Shown here: positions 57,429 to 64,000 of the stretch, one piece after another | Numbering within the stretch: the stretch's first letter is position 1 | How the letters are laid out: every line of letters starts with the position of its first letter | Sequence record: OP617745.1 | DNA length: 64,000 nucleotides | Direction: 5' to 3' (one strand) | Translations under genes and position numbers: made by a program | The notes under the pieces: generated by a model | The model's input: only the letters and a program-made list of their open reading frames with translations | Databases searched by the model: none | What the model was told of the DNA's origin: nothing

Positions 57429-57710
57429 GTGGAAATTATTATGCCATTTCTCTTTATGATATTGTACTATTTGATTATTGTTCCATCTTATACTATTGGT
57501 GATTTAGTAGAATCCAGATTTGGTAATAAAGTTGGTACCGAGATTAAATGGATAGTAGTACATCTTATTGTTCATTTAATAATCTTTTCGTTATTCATCG
57601 CATTACCATTATGGTTGTTTGGTGTAAAAATATTAATAATTGCAATTATTTTTTTAGTTCTGGAAGTAATATGTTTCTATCTTATTCATAAACATAATTC
57701 AAAAAAATGA
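57429..57710 (+). CDS. membrane protein
   Basis: 3 TM. Confidence 0.65.
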   Translation: MEIIMPFLFMILYYLIIVPSYTIGDLVESRFGNKVGTEIKWIVVHLIVHLIIFSLFIALPLWLFGVKILIIAIIFLVLEVICFYLIHKHNSKK

Positions 57711-57747
57711 AAAAAGGGTTGACGAAAGTCAGCCCTTTTGCTATTAT
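57710..57747 (+). promoter_or_regulatory. fused terminator/promoter cassette
   Basis: GGGTTGAC-GAAA-GTCAGCCC..GCTATTAT. Confidence 0.8.
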
Positions 57748-57780
57748 ATATACATCCAAACGAAACAGGAATTTAATTTA

Positions 57781-58227
57781 ATGAAACTTCAATTCGACGC
57801 AATCAGTGCTGGTTCTAAAACAATCACAATCAACTGTGGTTCTATGACTCGTGAGTTTCTTGAAGAACATAATATCCCATATAAGATGCATTATGACGAT
57901 ATCAAACTTGATATCAATACAGAAGTAGAAGTTGATATTCGTTCTTTTGAAGATATCAAGCACTTCTGTAAAAAGTATTGTGCAAACATTACATTCGGTA
58001 ACGGTACTCCTGATATCACATTCTATTCTTTACACGAAGAAGATCTACCAGTGCATTGTGCATGGGATTATAAAGATATACCAGTTCAGCAATTACGTTC
58101 AATGTATGCTGCTTTTATTCAGGAATGCAGTGAAATCAATGGAAGTACCGAAATGAATGAAGATGAAAAAGAACAAATGAAACTCTTCGAAGAAACCATT
58201 GAATGGGTAAAAGGTCGAAATAAATGA
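57781..58227 (+). CDS. hypothetical protein
   Basis: AGGA RBS. Confidence 0.75.
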   Translation: MKLQFDAISAGSKTITINCGSMTREFLEEHNIPYKMHYDDIKLDINTEVEVDIRSFEDIKHFCKKYCANITFGNGTPDITFYSLHEEDLPVHCAWDYKDIPVQQLRSMYAAFIQECSEINGSTEMNEDEKEQMKLFEETIEWVKGRNK

Positions 58228-58418
58228 AAGATTCAGTACTGAAATGTTCAGAAGGTGCTGATTGGTTAGTTGACAGGCTACCAAATGCAGCGTATAATGA
58301 AATGAAAGTTGAGATTGAATTGTGCGTTCATGCTATCTTCCAGAAATATGGATATGGTAAAGAATTACAAGATGCATTCAATGAATCTATTCCAGTTAAA
58401 TTAGAAAGAAGGAAATGA
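58224..58418 (+). CDS. hypothetical protein
   Basis: ATGA overlap. Confidence 0.65.
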   Translation: MKDSVLKCSEGADWLVDRLPNAAYNEMKVEIELCVHAIFQKYGYGKELQDAFNESIPVKLERRK

Positions 58419-58603
58419 CAATGAATAAGGCACAAGAACTGAAACTCTGTATTCAACAACTTTGTACACTTCGTTGTGAAAACCTTCGTGCTATCTATGA
58501 AGGGGTGAATACAATTGAATTGTCACGTTGTGAAACTGCAATCAAAGCAAAAGAATTTGAAGTCAACCGCTTAATTGATGAACTTTGTGGAGAAAAGAAA
58601 TGA
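58415..58603 (+). CDS. hypothetical protein
   Basis: ATGA overlap. Confidence 0.65.
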   Translation: MTMNKAQELKLCIQQLCTLRCENLRAIYEGVNTIELSRCETAIKAKEFEVNRLIDELCGEKK

Positions 58604-58893
58604 ACGTATTTAAGTTAAAATTTTATGCAAATGATACCCGCCCATTAGGAAAGAAAGTAGATTATGATCTGTACTTTAATAGTACTGAGTTGGCATTAGA
58701 ATACCTCAATACTAAAATGCCAGGACACAAAGAAATCACAGAAGAAGTTGTTAAGCCGTGGTTCACTAATTACAATACTCGTACTTTTACATGGGAAGGT
58801 AAGCGTTATGATGAAAACGGTGAATGGGATTATCCAGTAGAATTCACGGTTGAACTCGACAAAATTGAAGTAATTCAAACATTAGAGGAATAG
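58585..58893 (+). CDS. hypothetical protein
   Basis: Tiled ORF; start probably 58600. Confidence 0.7.
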   Translation: MWRKEMNVFKLKFYANDTRPLGKKVDYDLYFNSTELALEYLNTKMPGHKEITEEVVKPWFTNYNTRTFTWEGKRYDENGEWDYPVEFTVELDKIEVIQTLEE

Positions 58894-58894
58894 T

Positions 58895-59137
58895 ATGTGG
58901 TTGCTAATTTTTCCTGTACTGACTGTTTTACTGACACTTTATTATTTTGTTCCACAATTAGCAGCAACGATATTTGTATTCGTTTTTTGTGGAACTATCT
59001 ATAATATGTTGTTGGTACTATTATGGTTAATTGGTATTCATATTATACCACAAAAATATGAAAACCATTTTGCTGTTGCAATAATTGCTTTATTTGTAGT
59101 ACTGAATGGTGTATGGATCTGGGCTATCTGGTTTTAG
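58895..59137 (+). CDS. membrane protein
   Basis: 3 TM. Confidence 0.65.
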   Translation: MWLLIFPVLTVLLTLYYFVPQLAATIFVFVFCGTIYNMLLVLLWLIGIHIIPQKYENHFAVAIIALFVVLNGVWIWAIWF

Positions 59138-59236
59138 TAAAAAAGTTCAGTTAAGAAATTACTTATCAAAGATAAGAAGAATATTTCTATCCAGATGTGT
59201 AATTTTTTTACTATATGACATAGGATAATATATAAA

Positions 59237-59431
59237 ATGTATGTTACTGTTCAAACTAATGATAGAACTCAAGTGTATACTAAAGAGTTTTTAAATAAAG
59301 TGGGGATTGTTGAACTAACTCGTATAGCTTTTGAGCATTATAATGCACAAGAACAATATGATAATGTTCCACAAAATTATAAGAAAAAAATCAACCTCTT
59401 TACTGGTCTTGTAGTAGGTGAAATAGTATGA
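59237..59431 (+). CDS. hypothetical protein
   Basis: Tiled ORF. Confidence 0.6.
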   Translation: MYVTVQTNDRTQVYTKEFLNKVGIVELTRIAFEHYNAQEQYDNVPQNYKKKINLFTGLVVGEIV

Positions 59432-59643
59432 AAGGAATCAAAGCTAAAAATAGTGTCTTATTTTCTTTGATTGATGGAAAATATACATATGAAGTAATGT
59501 ATGGAACTACTAGATCTGTAGTATTATATATTGATGATGTATTATCATTATCTATGAATAAAACTACTATGAATTGTATGACAAATCGTGCTGTTCCATT
59601 TTCAGTACTGGAACGTATGCAATCATTTGTCAATAAAGTATAG
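59428..59643 (+). CDS. hypothetical protein
   Basis: ATGA overlap. Confidence 0.6.
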   Translation: MKGIKAKNSVLFSLIDGKYTYEVMYGTTRSVVLYIDDVLSLSMNKTTMNCMTNRAVPFSVLERMQSFVNKV

Positions 59644-59712
59644 TCTATTCTATTACATTAATATTTCTATTATGGAACTATAAATGTGGTGGTTACACCA
59701 GAAAAAGAACTG

Positions 59713-59750
59713 AAAAAAGGGTTGACGAAAGTCAGCCTTTTTGCTAATAT
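59713..59750 (+). promoter_or_regulatory. fused terminator/promoter cassette
   Basis: GGGTTGAC-GAAA-GTCAGCC..GCTAATAT. Confidence 0.75.
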
Positions 59751-59790
59751 AATAATCATCTGGAAAAACCATTTTAATTTGAGGTATATT

Positions 59791-59949
59791 ATGTCACGTA
59801 AAGTTCTTATCAATCGTTTAGCTGAAGCCCTGAATTGCAAACCACATGAGATTCCTCATGTTAATGAACTGACCAGTAATCAAATATACTGGATGATTCA
59901 ACATGAACGTATGCATAAACGCTATGGTGATTTATATCGTTCAAAATGA
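59791..59949 (+). CDS. hypothetical protein
   Basis: GAGG RBS before ATG 59791. Confidence 0.65.
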   Translation: MSRKVLINRLAEALNCKPHEIPHVNELTSNQIYWMIQHERMHKRYGDLYRSK

Positions 59950-59955
59950 TCATAT

Positions 59956-59991
59956 AAAAGGGTTGACTTTGGTCAGCCCTTTTGCTATTAT
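59956..59991 (+). promoter_or_regulatory. fused terminator/promoter cassette
   Basis: GGGTTGAC-TTTG-GTCAGCCC..GCTATTAT. Confidence 0.8.
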
Positions 59992-60296
59992 ATTTGTATA
60001 TTAAGTCAATGAGGTGTTGTATTATGATTCGTTATGCTCTGCGTCATAGAACTTCCAAACAGTACGTTGGATTTCGTACTGTGCCATGGGAATTTGGTAT
60101 TGATATTCATTTGGATTTCGATGATGATTATATTTGGTTGAAAGAAGATCGCACATTAATGGATACACTTATTGAAAATAGAAAGTCAAGTGATGCATCG
60201 TTACAATTGAGTGATTCAGTACTGAAGGCGTTAAAAGATTATAAATTAGAAGTGATGGAAATCAATTTCCCAGATACTGATTGGTGGGATGATTAA
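59982..60296 (+). CDS. hypothetical protein
   Basis: Start probably 60024 after GAGG RBS. Confidence 0.7.
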   Translation: MLLYLYIKSMRCCIMIRYALRHRTSKQYVGFRTVPWEFGIDIHLDFDDDYIWLKEDRTLMDTLIENRKSSDASLQLSDSVLKALKDYKLEVMEINFPDTDWWDD

Positions 60297-60564
60297 TGAT
60301 TGTGAAAATACAATCTTAATTTTATAAACTAATATTATCCAAAGGTGAAATAATGCAATACTCTATCTATGCTCGTATGGGAGTTGATTATGAATGGAAC
60401 AGACTTCGTACAGTTTACAATGAAGAGAAAGCAATTGAACTGAAAGAGTATTACGAACAAACATGGCGTATAGTTGAAATTCGTAATGAAAGCAAATAAG
60501 CGTTGACAACATATATCAGTACTGTATAATATGTACAATCTTAATCGAAAAAGGTAAAAACATA

Positions 60565-60906
60565 ATGAAAGTTACTCTGACTGGTAGTACAATCAATGTA
60601 GCAACAATTAAATCAGTACTGGAAAACAATAGCCGAGTATATATTTCACTTCCAATTAATGATGTTTGTGAAATTTTAGTAACTCGTTTGGAATCGAATT
60701 TTAACGGGTATATCAAACAAGATAGTATTGAAGTTAAATTCGCCGAAGGAGATTGTGGTGAAATCCAGTGTATGGCAACAGAATACTTCAACATCAATAT
60801 GATGGAAAAAGCTGCAATGGCTGCCGTTGAGCGATATAATTCAGAAGATCCATGTGAATTTTCTAATTATTCAGTGGCATTTGAAAATACATTTATTAAA
60901 GAATAA
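60565..60906 (+). CDS. hypothetical protein
   Basis: Promoter TTGACA..TATAAT near 60503, AAGG RBS. Confidence 0.75.
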   Translation: MKVTLTGSTINVATIKSVLENNSRVYISLPINDVCEILVTRLESNFNGYIKQDSIEVKFAEGDCGEIQCMATEYFNINMMEKAAMAAVERYNSEDPCEFSNYSVAFENTFIKE

Positions 60907-60963
60907 CAAAATGAAGTCATACCTTTTCCTATAATATAGTATTACTAAAATAGAGAATATTGT

Positions 60964-61287
60964 ATGAAACTCGATTATGAATTAATAAGCAAAACGTTTA
61001 AATTAATATATTTTATTTTTGGTTTATTATTTGACCTTGATGAAAATGATATTCACCAAGAATATAATAAAATATTGAATAGAGAGTTACATTTATCAAT
61101 TAAAGAATTAGTAATTAATAAGTATATTCATTATAAAAATAAAAATTTTGATGGATATTTGCAAATTATTGGATATGATTTTGATACATCGAAATTAATA
61201 GTAAAGGCACCTAATAATACGGGAATTTTCCAAATAACTTGGGCGAATTTAAAAATTTTTGACAGTATACCATCAAAAAAAGGTTGA
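60964..61287 (+). CDS. hypothetical protein
   Basis: ORF ending in cassette hairpin. Confidence 0.6.
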   Translation: MKLDYELISKTFKLIYFIFGLLFDLDENDIHQEYNKILNRELHLSIKELVINKYIHYKNKNFDGYLQIIGYDFDTSKLIVKAPNNTGIFQITWANLKIFDSIPSKKG

Positions 61288-61305
61288 CGAAAGTCAGCCT
61301 TTTTT
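61275..61305. terminator. cassette hairpin without -10 box (probably bidirectional)
   Basis: AAAAAAAGGTTGAC-GAAA-GTCAGCCTTTTTT between convergent genes. Confidence 0.75.
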
Positions 61306-62218
61306 AAATTTTAATTCCACCAAATCTTTCATATATTTCTATAATTTTATTAAAATTATAAGCATATGTAGTTTCCGTGTATCCATCTTTCATATTTTCT
61401 TTTTGTATTATTCCTTTACCAAATATTTGTTTGCATTCTTTTTCGGCATTTTTACAATCATTGATTGATTCAAAATAATAAGAAGTATGATGTTTAATAT
61501 AGTATATAGATCTACAATTTTGTTCTTTTACACGTTTACCTTTTATGTTTTCAATTCCATATTTCAAACCAATAATTTCATTTTCATATTCAATTGTATG
61601 AATATAGGAATAATGTTGACAATGCAATCCTCTAACTGGATGACCTTTACCTTGTAAAAAACTATCAGGTCTAATTTCAAATTCACCATAATCAGGATCA
61701 ATAATAATTACCTTTGTTTTGTTGTTTTTATAATCTACTTTACTATAATCATAATTAATATGCGGTTGAACTTTTTTAGCTTTTTCAATAAATTTTTCAG
61801 TATTCGATCTATTAGTTATTCCTCTATCTGGATGCACTCCACCTTGCAAAAATAAATTTGGAGTAATATAAAATTCTCCATAATCTGGATCTATAATACA
61901 AATAGATTTTCTATTATGTTCATATTGGACTTTACTATAATCATATTCAACATCCATTCTTTTTGATTTAGCTTTTTGTATAAATTTTTCAGTACTACAT
62001 GTTTTTGATTTAATTCTTTTATTTTTACCACGTTCAGGATGACCTTGTTTCATACTCAAAAATGAATTTGGCTTTATTAAAAATTCTCCATATTGTGGAT
62101 CTATAATTATAATTTTAGTTCTATTATTAATATATACTGTTTTACTATAATCAAATTCCACATCTGTTCTTATTCTTTTTGCATCTATAATAAATTCTTC
62201 TTGTGTTTTTCTACGCAT
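61304..62218 (-). CDS. free-standing homing endonuclease (repeated DYSK..IIDPDYGEF modules plus GIY-YIG-like domain)
   Basis: Three repeats, then YIHTI..LKYGIEN..KRVKEQN..DGYTET; the only long minus-strand gene. Confidence 0.82.
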   Translation of the reverse strand: MRRKTQEEFIIDAKRIRTDVEFDYSKTVYINNRTKIIIIDPQYGEFLIKPNSFLSMKQGHPERGKNKRIKSKTCSTEKFIQKAKSKRMDVEYDYSKVQYEHNRKSICIIDPDYGEFYITPNLFLQGGVHPDRGITNRSNTEKFIEKAKKVQPHINYDYSKVDYKNNKTKVIIIDPDYGEFEIRPDSFLQGKGHPVRGLHCQHYSYIHTIEYENEIIGLKYGIENIKGKRVKEQNCRSIYYIKHHTSYYFESINDCKNAEKECKQIFGKGIIQKENMKDGYTETTYAYNFNKIIEIYERFGGIKI

Positions 62219-62325
62219 TATTATAATCTCTTTGTCAATATATAAAAATATTTAGTTATGATGGTTTTTGTGCTTGACAATTTTTTTTATATAAGTTATT
62301 ATGTTGTTATTGAATGAAGAGGTGA

Positions 62326-63102
62326 TTGAAAATGCATCCACGCCTAGAAAAAGCACAACAAATTCAAAAAAACTTCGATTCCATGATGAGTGCTTTGGAA
62401 TGTCTTCTTGATTATAAATCAACTATTAACTCTCTTATTATTTGTGGTAAGGGTGGTTGTGGTAAAACATACAATGTAGAAAAGCGTCTCAAAGAAGCTC
62501 ATGACCGTGCTGAAATTAACTTCACTTCTATTAGTGGTAAAGTTAGTACTATGGGTTTGTATGAAACATTATATAAAACTCGTAATAGTACTGATGTATT
62601 AGTACTTGATGATGTTGATGTATTCAATTCAGAAGCAAATTTTGATCTATTAAAAGCAATCCTTGATACTTCTGATGAACGTGTTGTATCATATGCTACA
62701 ACAAATAAACATCTAAAAAATAATGGCATTCCAATGTCTTTTGACTATCGAGGTAAAGTCATATTCATCACAAATAAAGATTTGTCAAAAATGGCAAAAT
62801 CTAATACAAAATTAGCACCACATGTTGATGCATTACTAACTCGTTCTATTTTTGTTGATCTTCAAATTTTTAGCAATGAAGAAGTTATGATTCATATTGA
62901 GAATATTATGCTCAGTACTAATATTCTCAAAAATTATGGTATTAATCAAAGTGGTTCAACTCAAATTATGAATTGGATGTTGAAACATGAATCAAAATTA
63001 CGTTCTCCATCATTACGTATGCCAGTACTGATAGCATCATTGTATAATAAATTCCCATATGATTGGGAAGAACGATGTGAAAACTTATTCCTGGAGAAAT
63101 AA
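62326..63102 (+). CDS. AAA+ family ATPase
   Basis: Walker A GKGGCGKT, Walker B VLVLDDVD, VIFITN sensor, ALLTRS arginine finger. Confidence 0.88.
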   Translation: MKMHPRLEKAQQIQKNFDSMMSALECLLDYKSTINSLIICGKGGCGKTYNVEKRLKEAHDRAEINFTSISGKVSTMGLYETLYKTRNSTDVLVLDDVDVFNSEANFDLLKAILDTSDERVVSYATTNKHLKNNGIPMSFDYRGKVIFITNKDLSKMAKSNTKLAPHVDALLTRSIFVDLQIFSNEEVMIHIENIMLSTNILKNYGINQSGSTQIMNWMLKHESKLRSPSLRMPVLIASLYNKFPYDWEERCENLFLEK

Positions 63103-63416
63103 TGAAATACAAATGTACAGTGTATAAAGAAGGTATTGTATTCATAGAAGTCTATGTAGATGATGATATTTGGTTTGAAGTTGATGAATGTTTTGATACA
63201 AATGTATACGTATCAAAAAATGGATATATCTATGAATATAATTTAAATCACGATTTTGGTTCAATGCAAGATGATGAACTATTTCAAATGAGTACTGTAA
63301 TTTCTATTCCTTTTGATTTAAAAATCATTAGAGAAGCCCATAAACAATTCAGTACTATTATAAAAGAAAATTCATCATTATTGTATCATTATATATTAGT
63401 AACAGAGGACGAATAA
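63102..63416 (+). CDS. FQxS(T/L) C-terminal-motif family protein
   Basis: MQDDELFQMSTVIS. Confidence 0.75.
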   Translation: MKYKCTVYKEGIVFIEVYVDDDIWFEVDECFDTNVYVSKNGYIYEYNLNHDFGSMQDDELFQMSTVISIPFDLKIIREAHKQFSTIIKENSSLLYHYILVTEDE

Positions 63417-63546
63417 TGAAACCAGAACAATGGATCATCGATGATATGCGTGCTATGCGTAAGATTGAAAATAAATCATACGAAGAACAAGCATACTTAG
63501 ATCTTCTTCAATGGTATGTTAAAGTAATCCAATCAAAGGAATAATT

Positions 63547-63894
63547 ATGTTAGACTTTATGCTAAAAAGTGAACTATCTCATACTATTGGATATAGTATT
63601 GCAGTACTGATCGTATTCAGCTTTTTGTTTGAAAAAATCAATTGGCTATTCAAAACCAATATCTATAAAAAGTATTATAAAGTTAAAAGTTTTGACAGAC
63701 AAATCTTTTTGGGTATAATGTATACATTAACATTATACTGTAGTATATTCGAAGTTGGATTTGTACTGGCTGATTCACCATTAACATTATATCTTTCATT
63801 GTATACACTTTTTCTTATACCATTTTCTTTGTATATTTTTTGTACTAAAATGTTCAATAAAATTATTGAATTCCGAAATAAATTACCGGACTGA
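63547..63894 (+). CDS. membrane protein
   Basis: 3 TM; similar to 51701..52024 and to the partial ORF starting near 63910. Confidence 0.7.
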   Translation: MLDFMLKSELSHTIGYSIAVLIVFSFLFEKINWLFKTNIYKKYYKVKSFDRQIFLGIMYTLTLYCSIFEVGFVLADSPLTLYLSLYTLFLIPFSLYIFCTKMFNKIIEFRNKLPD

Positions 63895-64000
63895 TATGGA
63901 GTAATATAAATGATTGAGTTTATATTCAAAAGTGATTTCGCATATAGTGTTGGGTATTGTATCTTTATTGCTATTATTTTTAATTACTTATTTGAGAAAA

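Noticed and set aside
46603-61305. CRISPR array from the repeated GGTTGAC-N4-GTCAGCC units
   Set aside because: Copies are hundreds to thousands of bases apart, separated by whole genes, and coincide with promoter/terminator positions; no cas genes.

Overview
A 64-kb slice of a large, very AT-rich (about 30% GC by eye) dsDNA phage genome, almost entirely transcribed on the + strand. It is an accessory/early region with no structural or core replisome genes. Gene content (TelA-like protein, DexA-like exonuclease, NADAR, PTH2, C5 methyltransferase, sigma-70-type factor, HslV-like protease, DksA/TraR, DenV, tRNAs) resembles GAP32/RaK2/PBECO4-type jumbo myoviruses of Enterobacterales; that assignment is inference. 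Highlights: (1) a tRNA cluster (Leu, Gly, Arg, 2x Ser, Ile2-CAU, Asn) in which the CAU tRNA is interrupted by a complete 231-nt group IC3-like intron; (2) many unannotated structured RNAs around and beyond the tRNAs: a ~490-nt RNA, a duplicated 100-128-nt RNA, an exactly 50-nt three-way-junction motif in 3 copies plus a permuted variant, and tRNA-like shells with abnormal anticodon arms at 39-41 kb; (3) at least 16 small proteins with unrelated-looking N-termini that share a C-terminal E-E-x-x-F-Q-x-S-T/L-x-x-D motif; (4) strong over-representation of the palindrome AGTACT, often extended to TTCAGTACTGAA; (5) 11 copies of a fused terminator/promoter cassette. All calls are by eye; no database searches or folding programs were run.
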